Assembly: GCA_039028715.1 (NCBI GenBank)
Contig: JBCCHO010000055.1
Location: forward strand, 1 to 10,647
Origin: Chlamydiota bacterium
GTDB lineage: Bacteria; Chlamydiota; Chlamydiia; Chlamydiales; Simkaniaceae
Length of the DNA: 10,647 bases
Direction of reading: 5' to 3'
Part shown: positions 1-6,384 of the stretch, piece by piece
How positions within the stretch are numbered: position 1 is the first letter of the stretch
Layout: the number at the start of each line of letters is the position of its first letter
The notes under the pieces: model-generated
What the model was told of the DNA's origin: nothing
The model's database searches: none
Seen by the model: the letters and a program-made list of their open reading frames with translations, nothing else
Translations under genes and position numbers: made by a program

Positions 1-136
1 AAATTTGGAGCATCTGTTTTCCGAGATTCCAAGGAGCTCTTTTGGAAATGGTTACAACCATTCCCTGCAAGATCTCCTTGAAATCTCGAAAAACATCTTG
101 CTCAACTTTTTAGCAGAGCTTGTGAGAAATACGGGC
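1..136. repeat. Left copy of a ~100-nt repeat; the window may cut it at position 1. Its core is GCAGAGCTTGTGAGAAA at 113-129. It is the inverted partner of 1405-1500.
   Basis: The reverse complement of 1405-1500 aligns to 1-25 (23/25 identical) and to 80-136 (about 52/55). The left copy carries an extra 54-nt internal segment at 26-79 where the right copy has 10 nt. Seen directly in the sequence. Confidence 0.7.
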
Positions 137-140
137 TAGA

Positions 141-180
141 GAGGCTCCCCGCAAGATTCCATTTCGAGCGCGGGAAGCCT
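141..180 (+). other. GC-rich hairpin. The 12-nt arms GAGGCTCCCCGC / GCGGGAAGCCTC pair at 11 of 12 positions around a 17-nt loop. It follows directly after the in-frame TAG at 137-139.
   Basis: Inverted repeat seen in the sequence. No U-tract follows, so it is not a canonical intrinsic terminator. It could be a transcript-end or stability structure for the reading frame that runs in from the window edge. Confidence 0.35.
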
Positions 181-287
181 CAAGAGCGAGCGCAATCACA
201 ACAGCGCTGACTAGACTGACAACAGAAACAGGGTTCTCGTGAATGAAAAACAACGGGATTTTCTACCACGGAGAAAAGGCACTGGCG

Positions 288-1307
288 TCATTTACCAGCT
301 AACTGGGGCAAACTTTCATCAAGACTAGAGCTTTTTACGATCTGAGATTGTACCCACTGACACCAATCATCCCATGTCTGGTGATGATTAGCGATAAAAT
401 CGTCTGTCATTGCAATCAAATCATTGATTTGCGTGTAGTCATCTAAAGCGACCGACTGTGGCAACACAAAATCGAGTTTAATAAAAGAGTTGCCCAAAAG
501 CTTTTGATTGAGCGCTTCTGGAATTTGATCGGTCACATCGCCCATTAAGGGAAGCAGTTTCGGTGCCCATTCTCCCTTTCCCCAATCGACATCGTGTTCA
601 ATCGCCTTTTCAGTATACCCCGTTCCCATTGACAATACCGTGATTTTGCTCACATCTAGCGCGGCAAAGTCAAGCACATCACAAACAGCTGCTAGCGATG
701 GATCTTTCATTCCAATACCTCCATCGACACAACCTTGATAAGAGGGGAAAAAAGTCGGCGCAGCTGTTGATCTAAGTAAGGCATCGATGATTTTAATCTG
801 CTTGCCTTCTTCAGTAAAATTTTCCATGACTTCAGCTGCCCACCGTTTCTTTTTGGGATCGCATAGGCGCGTTGTTGGAATTACAACTTTTTTTGGAAGA
901 TCGCCGAGACAAGAGTCTTCGCTATACCCAATCGAGCTCAACAGCGAGCTTAAACTTTTCCTCAACCTTTCATGGCTGTACTTGGGTAGGATTAAATGTG
1001 GATCGCGGGGATTTGAAAACACATCTTCGCTCATTTCCTTGTAATCTTGTAGCAGTTGCTCTAGATCTATTCCTCCCGCAAGTAAAACGGCGATGATTGA
1101 CCCCGTAGATGTCCCAGCATAAACACCAATGTCTCGATTGGGATTCAGCCCCGTTGCTTGCTGTAATCTGACTAGCATCTCCAACGTTACAACACCGCGC
1201 ACTCCGCCACCATCTAACGCTAAAACTGTCGTCGCTTGATCGAGCGCAGTTGCCGATAAACAACAGCTCATTAAGACAAAAAATGATGCGATAAATCTCC
1301 TAAACAT
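288..1307 (-). CDS. Secreted patatin-like phospholipase (339 aa).
   Basis: N-terminal Sec-type signal peptide (MFRRFIASFFVLMSCCLSATA). Oxyanion glycine-rich motif DGGGVRG, serine lipase motif GTSTG (G-x-S-x-G) and a downstream VDGG (Asp of the Ser-Asp dyad). Strong SD AGGAGG 5 nt upstream of the ATG at 1307. Confidence 0.88.
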   Translation of the reverse strand: MFRRFIASFFVLMSCCLSATALDQATTVLALDGGGVRGVVTLEMLVRLQQATGLNPNRDIGVYAGTSTGSIIAVLLAGGIDLEQLLQDYKEMSEDVFSNPRDPHLILPKYSHERLRKSLSSLLSSIGYSEDSCLGDLPKKVVIPTTRLCDPKKKRWAAEVMENFTEEGKQIKIIDALLRSTAAPTFFPSYQGCVDGGIGMKDPSLAAVCDVLDFAALDVSKITVLSMGTGYTEKAIEHDVDWGKGEWAPKLLPLMGDVTDQIPEALNQKLLGNSFIKLDFVLPQSVALDDYTQINDLIAMTDDFIANHHQTWDDWCQWVQSQIVKSSSLDESLPQLAGK

Positions 1308-1404
1308 GTATTCCTCCTGAAAAATTTAAAACCAAAGATTGGACAATGCTAGCAGTATAAGGGAAAATTTTATTCTTTGCCAAAAAAATAGTGTTGCTCA
1401 CTTG

Positions 1405-1500
1405 ACCCGTATTTCTCACAAGCTCTGCTAAAAAGCTTAAGCAAGATGTTTTCGAGATTTCTAAGAAATACTCGGAAAACAGTGGCTCCAAATTTTTCCA
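1405..1500. repeat. Right copy of the ~100-nt repeat, inverted relative to 1-136. Core TTTCTCACAAGCTCTGC at 1412-1428.
   Basis: Reverse-complement alignment to 1-136 as described for the left copy. Confidence 0.7.
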
Positions 1501-1557
1501 GAGCCTTGTGAGAAATGCGGATTGAGGTTTTTACCCCGGGTTTCTCACAAGCTCTGC
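1498..1557. repeat. Third and fourth copies of the 17-nt core in inverted orientation. CTTGTGAGAAA (1505-1515) and TTTCTCACAAG (1541-1551) form an 11-bp perfect stem with a 25-nt loop.
   Basis: Perfect 11-bp inverted repeat, extendable with mismatches. The core matches 113-129 and 1412-1428. Confidence 0.65.
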
Positions 1558-1560
1558 AAC

Positions 1561-1584
1561 AAGGTTGGGTTTAAACCCAACCTT
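1561..1584. promoter_or_regulatory. Perfect 24-bp palindrome AAGGTTGGGTTTAAACCCAACCTT in the divergent patatin/SPFH intergenic region. Candidate operator or hairpin.
   Basis: The sequence equals its own reverse complement. It lies 167 nt upstream of the SPFH start and immediately next to the repeat cluster. Confidence 0.45.
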
Positions 1585-1750
1585 ACGCCTGATGATGGCT
1601 CATCTAAAATTCTCTTTTTCCACCTGCCATCTGAGCAATCGTAAGACGTGGGCTTGGGTTTTAAAACATTCGCCGATAAGTGCATAAAAACTTGGTATCG
1701 TTTATGCTCATCATCTTTCTATCAAGCCACAAAATCGAGGAACTTTCCTT

Positions 1751-2716
1751 ATGGATGAACTTAGACCTAAACATCTTTTTATTTTTATCCCGCTCTGTAT
1801 TCTCGCTGTCATTTTCTTTTTTGGCATTTATACTGTGAAGAGCGGCAATGCTGGCATTCTGTCTACATTTGGTAAATACAACACAGATGTTCAAACACCA
1901 GGACTCCATTTTAAAATTCCCTTTATCCAGCAAGTGCATATCATGGATATAAAAATGCAAACGGTCAACTACCAGGGAGAAAGAGAAAAAAACGTTCGCG
2001 AAGGATTAATTACAAAACCAAAAATCGTCGTTCTCGATAGCAAAAACCTCGCGATCGGCATTGAGATCACGATTCAGTTTTCCCCTGTTCCGAAAGACTC
2101 TGAACGCATTCTCGTCAAGTACGGGCAAAACTATTTTGAAAAATTGATCAACCCCATTGTTCGCGATGTCGTGCGCAACGTCACGGGCCAATACCAAGCT
2201 GAAGAAATCGCCATTAAACGCACCTCTATTGGAAGCGAAATTGAACTAAGCTTGCGAGATAAATTCAATGACCTGCCGTTTTTTCTCCACGCCGTTCAAA
2301 TCCGCAACATCGAGTTGCCTCAAATTGTTCGCAAGAAAATTGAAGAAGTGCAGCTAGCTAAGCAAGAAGAGCAACGCCTGGCAATGATTGAAAAACAGGC
2401 CGCTAAAAACCAACTCATCAAGTCGATCGAAGCAGAAACAAAACTGATCGAAGTCACAACGCAAGCAAAGGCCGATGCGGAAAAGCAACGGATCGCCGCC
2501 GACGCCAAGGCTTACCAAATTATCAAAGAAGCCGAAGCTGCCGCTTGCGCTAACAAAGAAATCGCCGCTTCGATCACACCGCAGCTTATCGAATACCAAA
2601 CCATCAAACAATGGAGTGGAGAATACCCAACAACTTTGCTCGGGGGAAGCCAATCAGGTGTTTTACTTCAATTGCCTAACCTCAATCAAAAAGCGCTTTC
2701 TTCAGCCACCGACTGA
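1751..2716 (+). CDS. SPFH/band-7 domain membrane protein (prohibitin/HflK/C-like), 321 aa.
   Basis: N-terminal transmembrane helix (LFIFIPLCILAVIFFFGIYTV). It is followed by the typical SPFH start (V..G..G......G.H..iPf....v...d.r) and a C-terminal Ala/Glu/Lys/Gln-rich coiled-coil region. SD GAGGAA 9 nt upstream of the ATG. Confidence 0.8.
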   Translation: MDELRPKHLFIFIPLCILAVIFFFGIYTVKSGNAGILSTFGKYNTDVQTPGLHFKIPFIQQVHIMDIKMQTVNYQGEREKNVREGLITKPKIVVLDSKNLAIGIEITIQFSPVPKDSERILVKYGQNYFEKLINPIVRDVVRNVTGQYQAEEIAIKRTSIGSEIELSLRDKFNDLPFFLHAVQIRNIELPQIVRKKIEEVQLAKQEEQRLAMIEKQAAKNQLIKSIEAETKLIEVTTQAKADAEKQRIAADAKAYQIIKEAEAAACANKEIAASITPQLIEYQTIKQWSGEYPTTLLGGSQSGVLLQLPNLNQKALSSATD

Positions 2717-2722
2717 CTTTGT

Positions 2723-2764
2723 CGCCTCTTTTTCGCTTGCGCTAGCGCGGGCGAAAAGAGCGCG
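2723..2764. terminator. GC-rich extended hairpin between the convergent SPFH and bioN genes. Arms CGCCTCTTTTTCGC / GCGAAAAGAGCGCG flank the internal palindrome GCGCTAGCGC. Possible bidirectional terminator.
   Basis: Inverted repeat seen in the sequence. The stem is about 10 bp with one bulged T, plus the palindromic loop. It overlaps the TAG stop of bioN at 2742-2744. No long U-tract on either side, so termination efficiency is uncertain. Confidence 0.4.
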
Positions 2765-3338
2765 CCTCGACAGCTTCGGCAATCTGATTTCCCATGATCA
2801 GCGCTTTAATTGCTACGGGAAAAGTAATGGAAAAAAAAGTCGCCCTCATTCCGCGCGCGCGTTGTGCTTCTTTCACTTGCTTTGTGAGTAGCATTAAGGA
2901 GGGAATGAGTCGCAAAGTCAGCGAAAAGGCCAGGCTGATCTTATCAACGGCAATCCAGCGCGCAAAGGGGCGCAACAGCTTTTCCAATTTCGCCACCATA
3001 TCAGAAAGGCGCGTCGTGAGTGTGAGCAACGAAGCAGCCAATAGCAAAGTCACAAACCGAAGCACAATTGCCACTGCGGTCATCCAATCGGCAATGACCA
3101 CTTGAACCATAAAAATGATCGTCACAACAGCTGTCAGCGAGCGCAGCTGTTTTAAGATCGTTGAAAGCGGAATTTTTGCAACGAAATAAAAGCTGGCAAT
3201 GAACGCGCAAGCGCACAAGAGAATAACAGGAGATTTCATTGCAAAAAGGGTTGCGCTTAAGAGCAACAAGATGCTGAGTTTTAGCCCAGGCCCAAGGCGG
3301 TGGAGCACAGAGGATCGATGACAGTAAAGACTTAGCAT
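2742..3338 (-). CDS. bioN: ECF transporter transmembrane (T) component, EcfT/CbiQ/BioN family, 198 aa.
   Basis: Polytopic hydrophobic protein with the C-terminal EcfT signature region (…KEAQRARG… and …AEAVEARSF). SD GGAGGG upstream of the ATG. It sits 3 nt downstream of the ATPase gene, in an operon with bioY. Confidence 0.75.
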   Translation of the reverse strand: MLSLYCHRSSVLHRLGPGLKLSILLLLSATLFAMKSPVILLCACAFIASFYFVAKIPLSTILKQLRSLTAVVTIIFMVQVVIADWMTAVAIVLRFVTLLLAASLLTLTTRLSDMVAKLEKLLRPFARWIAVDKISLAFSLTLRLIPSLMLLTKQVKEAQRARGMRATFFSITFPVAIKALIMGNQIAEAVEARSFRPR

Positions 3339-3341
3339 CGG

Positions 3342-4046
3342 TTACCCTCCACAAGCCAATGTGTCTCGAAAAGCCGCGCCATACTTTTCCATTGCCAGTT
3401 TCGGTTTGTCATCGATAAAAACTTTGCCTGCGTGCAGCCCAATGACTCGGTCAAAATCTTGTAAGAGCTCGAGTTGATGTGTTGCTATGATCACTTGCTG
3501 ATCCATCGCTGCAAGCGCCGCTACAAGGCGCTCTTTTTGCTGCCAATCTAAAAGCGCTGTCGGCTCATCTAAAAGAATATGAGTTGGCGCTGTGATTGCC
3601 ACTCCAAGCAAAGCGACCATTTGTTTTTCACCGGCGCTTAGCTGGTGTGTCAATCGGTGCCGCAACGCCTCGAGTTGGTATTGCTTTAATAGCGCCTCGA
3701 CTTGACTGCGCACAACTTGCTTACTAAAGCCGCGCTGCTTAAGTCCAAATGCTAAATCCTCTTCAACTGTCGGGTAAAGAATTTGGTGGTCAGGGTTTTG
3801 AAAGACAAATCCGACCCGCTGCCGCACGCTAGCTGTTGCTTTTTGCGTATCGAAACCATCGACAACAACGCGCCCGGTTGTCGGAAGCTCTAGCCCATTG
3901 ATGAGCCGCATTAGTGTCGTTTTTCCCGACCCATTAAGCCCAATGATGCCGATCCTCGGTTCTGGCAAATCGAGAGTCACTTGGCTGAGAATTGATCGCC
4001 CATCGATAACAAGATCAACAGCTTTGATAAGTAGGCTAAACTTCAT
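3342..4046 (-). CDS. bioM: ECF/ABC transporter ATP-binding protein (A component), 234 aa.
   Basis: Walker A GLNGSGKTT, ABC signature LSAGEKQ, Walker B ILLDEPT, H-loop IIATHQ. The start ATG overlaps the bioY stop by 11 nt. A single ATPase gene with bioY upstream is typical of BioMNY-type ECF modules. Confidence 0.85.
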   Translation of the reverse strand: MKFSLLIKAVDLVIDGRSILSQVTLDLPEPRIGIIGLNGSGKTTLMRLINGLELPTTGRVVVDGFDTQKATASVRQRVGFVFQNPDHQILYPTVEEDLAFGLKQRGFSKQVVRSQVEALLKQYQLEALRHRLTHQLSAGEKQMVALLGVAITAPTHILLDEPTALLDWQQKERLVAALAAMDQQVIIATHQLELLQDFDRVIGLHAGKVFIDDKPKLAMEKYGAAFRDTLACGG

Positions 4047-4584
4047 GGCTCACAAGGTGATATTGATTCACTTTCACAACAATTAGAGCAGCTAATCCAG
4101 CTTTGACTAAATCACCAATCAAAAAAATCATTGCTCCGATAAAAGCTTTCGACAGCGGCAACGAAGTGACAATAGCTATCCATAAAATGCCTCCGGGATA
4201 AAGGGTGACAACTCCCCCTAAAATGCAACAGATCAATGCATAGATAAAGCGGACCTGCATCGCCCGCCGCTCAATCAACCATCCAGTAACAAAAGCCGTT
4301 GCTATCCAACCGATCAGAAAGCCACCACCAGGCCCAAAAAAGACGCTTAAGCCACCGCGCCCGCCAGCTAACAAAGGAAGCCCGACTGCAACACACGCCA
4401 AGAAAAGCACCACCGCCAACGACCCCCTCTTAGACCCGATAATCCCGCCAGCTAGCATCGGACCAATAGATTGAGCGGTGACCGGCACTCCGAGAACAGG
4501 AATCATCATTGGCGGAATCAAACTCAATGTCGCCATAAACGCTGCAAAAAGAGAAATATAAACGCTATCTTTTGTTTGCAACAC
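4036..4584 (-). CDS. bioY: Biotin transporter substrate-specific (S) component BioY, about 182 aa; start re-called.
   Basis: BioY family pattern …PPMMIPVLGVPVTAQSIGPMLAGGIIGSKRGSLAVVLFLACVAVGLPLLAGGRGGLSVFFGPGGGFLIGWIA…. The ORF-track start at 4683 would overlap the upstream M50 gene by 119 nt. The first in-frame start codons after the M50 stop (TAG, 4565-4567) are GTG 4582-4584 and TTG 4579-4581, both preceded by GGAGAGG. That gives a typical BioY length. Confidence 0.75.
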   Translation of the reverse strand: MLQTKDSVYISLFAAFMATLSLIPPMMIPVLGVPVTAQSIGPMLAGGIIGSKRGSLAVVLFLACVAVGLPLLAGGRGGLSVFFGPGGGFLIGWIATAFVTGWLIERRAMQVRFIYALICCILGGVVTLYPGGILWIAIVTSLPLSKAFIGAMIFLIGDLVKAGLAALIVVKVNQYHLVSHEV

Positions 4585-5728
4585 CCTCTCCAGCGTATTT
4601 TTTAAAATCAACGTGGCTGCGCACGGATGCGTATGCTTCCCCAAGGATTGTCTGCTTGAAATTCGACTGACAATAGTCTTCAAACTGCGCCGCTGTTTTT
4701 AGCCATGCCCCGGCAAGTTCCGGCCGATTCAAATAGCCAAAAGCTTGCGAGTTAAGCAAGGCAATCTCATGCGACGGGTTAATGGCATAAATATCTCGCG
4801 CATGCTCTGCTATTAATGCATAGTTTTTGTGCTCAAAGGCCAATTTGCAGAGCAAACACTTTCCCTTTTTTAACCGACTTTGATCGGCTTGCATCAACAA
4901 GTTATAAGATTTCTGGCTGTCATCTTCATCAAAATAGACCTGAGCAAGCGATTCAATAGCGGCATGCTTGATCTGGGGATCTTTCGACCGCACGAGCTTT
5001 TTCAAAATAGCTTTTGCTCGATCCAATTCGCGATTTTTAATCGCTTCAACTCCTTTAAGGTATTGGCTAAAGGGGTTGTCTGCAGGTGTTGGCCTACTGA
5101 ATCTTTTATTTGCGCGCAACATCTGAAAATTTTGCCATCCATAAAATAACAGGAAACTACCGAAAATAAACATGCTTTGATGGAAAAAATAATAATAGGC
5201 CCCAGCTGCTGCCACAATACAGCCAATAGTCAATGTCGCTCGGCATCCTGCATAACCAAATTTTTGCTCTAGCGCGTGGTACAATAGCCGACCACCGTCA
5301 AGTGGAAGCACGGGGAGTAAATTAAAGACCAGCCAAACTGTATTAATATAACGCATGAAGTAAAGAAAAACGTAAAAATAGTGGTCGAATAAACCTGACT
5401 TAAGGAGCAAATGGGAAAGTAAAGCCAATAGCCCGGTGAACAGCGGCCCGTTCAACGTGATAAGAAACCTTTGCTTCGCCGTCATTTTCGAACCGCTATA
5501 CTCTGCTCGCCCGCCAAAAGCTTCTAAAGTGACCGTGGGAGAAGCGCCAAAGCAACGCGCAGTTAAAGCATGACCATACTCGTGAGCAAAAATGCTGAAA
5601 AAAACGCCGAACGCAATAAGAAAGCCCAAAATAACATTTGGCGGCGAGCAGACATAAACAAAAAACAACAAAAAAAACCAAAAGCCCGGGTGAATAAAAA
5701 CGGGCATATTTAAAAATTTAAATTTCAA
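4565..5728 (-). CDS. M50 site-2 protease family intramembrane metalloprotease with a C-terminal TPR-like helical domain, 387 aa.
   Basis: HEYGH (HExxH) within a transmembrane segment and the LPVLPLDGG (LDG) motif of S2P/SpoIVFB-type M50 peptidases. The C-terminal ~170 aa is a soluble helical, TPR-like region. The likely start is TTG at 5726-5728, with AAGGAG 7 nt upstream. The first ATG is codon 8. Confidence 0.8.
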   Translation of the reverse strand: MKFKFLNMPVFIHPGFWFFLLFFVYVCSPPNVILGFLIAFGVFFSIFAHEYGHALTARCFGASPTVTLEAFGGRAEYSGSKMTAKQRFLITLNGPLFTGLLALLSHLLLKSGLFDHYFYVFLYFMRYINTVWLVFNLLPVLPLDGGRLLYHALEQKFGYAGCRATLTIGCIVAAAGAYYYFFHQSMFIFGSFLLFYGWQNFQMLRANKRFSRPTPADNPFSQYLKGVEAIKNRELDRAKAILKKLVRSKDPQIKHAAIESLAQVYFDEDDSQKSYNLLMQADQSRLKKGKCLLCKLAFEHKNYALIAEHARDIYAINPSHEIALLNSQAFGYLNRPELAGAWLKTAAQFEDYCQSNFKQTILGEAYASVRSHVDFKKYAGEGVANKR

Positions 5729-6151
5729 CTAACTTCTCCTTAAACCTATTGCTCCGAGACTATCCTTAAGTAATTCAATAAAAGAGTCCGGGACTGGGAT
5801 CGTTTGGTGCGTGTCTTTTTCAATTGTAGCATGAATAATCGTCGTTGACCCGACCCTTTTTTCTTCAAAAAAAAAGAGAGATTCATGAGTAAAAGATTTC
5901 TTCCCTATCTCTCTGACTTGCCAACGGATTTCGAGTTCTTGACCTAAGGTGATTGGAGCAAAAAAATCAGCTTTAGTATGTACAATAGGAAACAAAAAAT
6001 TTTTCTTGGTTATTATGTCTTGTAATTGCACCTTTTTAGAGCGCAAGTAAGCTTCAAAAGCTTCTAGTCCCATTTCCAGCTGACTAGTAAAATAAATCAC
6101 TCCTGTCGCGTCAGTATCGCGCATGTGGACAACTCTTTTGTATAAAAACAT
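5729..6151 (-). CDS. Hotdog-fold acyl-CoA thioesterase (4HBT/YbgC-like), 140 aa.
   Basis: Size and the N-terminal V..RDTDATGVIYFTSQLEMGLEAFEAY pattern, with an acidic residue at the 4HBT catalytic position. SD AAGGAA 4 nt upstream of the ATG at 6151. The stop abuts the M50 gene start, so the two are translationally coupled. Confidence 0.6.
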   Translation of the reverse strand: MFLYKRVVHMRDTDATGVIYFTSQLEMGLEAFEAYLRSKKVQLQDIITKKNFLFPIVHTKADFFAPITLGQELEIRWQVREIGKKSFTHESLFFFEEKRVGSTTIIHATIEKDTHQTIPVPDSFIELLKDSLGAIGLRRS

Positions 6152-6355
6152 GGCGTTCCTTTTAAAACCCTCTTTTTCCAGACAACTTAGCTTTGAATTT
6201 TAAATAAAGATAGCGTTTTTTTAAATCCTTTTAAAAAGTCGCGATCAAAAAAGCTGTTAACATTTTTTTTCAAGCTCCAAGAAACTATCCCCTCTCCCCT
6301 TCAAAAAAAAGTTTTTCTGAGTTTTTTGAAAAATCTCAAAAAGACCGCATCTCAA

Positions 6356-6384
6356 TTGTCGAAAATAGGCCGCTCTTCTATAAT
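6356..6384 (+). promoter_or_regulatory. Sigma-70-like promoter: TTGTCG (-35), 17-nt spacer, TATAAT (-10), about 115 nt upstream of the TPR gene.
   Basis: Consensus -10 hexamer and a 4/6 -35 hexamer with ideal spacing, seen in the sequence. It lies in the AT-rich divergent intergenic region 6152-6499. Confidence 0.45.

Noticed and set aside
787-1263. Small ORFs (787..1044 +, 872..1096 +, 970..1263 -) inside the patatin gene.
   Set aside because: They are overlapped completely by a well-supported CDS with conserved catalytic motifs. They show no SD and have odd composition.
1300-1491. 63-aa minus-strand ORF between the patatin start and the right repeat copy.
   Set aside because: It is almost entirely repeat-derived sequence and overlaps the patatin start codon. 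It is kept only as evidence in the repeat finding, not called as a gene.
1661-1960. 99-aa minus-strand ORF overlapping the SPFH start region.
   Set aside because: It is antisense to the SPFH N-terminus and promoter, has no RBS and shows a low-complexity K/N-rich translation.
2320-2891. ORFs 2320..2508 -, 2354..2653 - and 2475..2891 + overlapping the SPFH 3' end and the bioN 3' end.
   Set aside because: These are antisense or alternative-frame ORFs within confidently called genes. The low-complexity translations come from the Ala/Glu/Lys coiled-coil coding region.
4585-4683. ORF-track N-terminal extension of bioY (start at 4683).
   Set aside because: It would overlap the upstream M50 protease gene by 119 nt and lengthen BioY beyond the family norm. 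SD-preceded GTG/TTG starts lie right after the M50 stop.
4880-5681. ORFs 4880..5149 +, 5002..5226 - and 5496..5681 - within the M50 protease gene.
   Set aside because: These are alternative-frame or antisense ORFs within a CDS supported by HExxH and LDG motifs.
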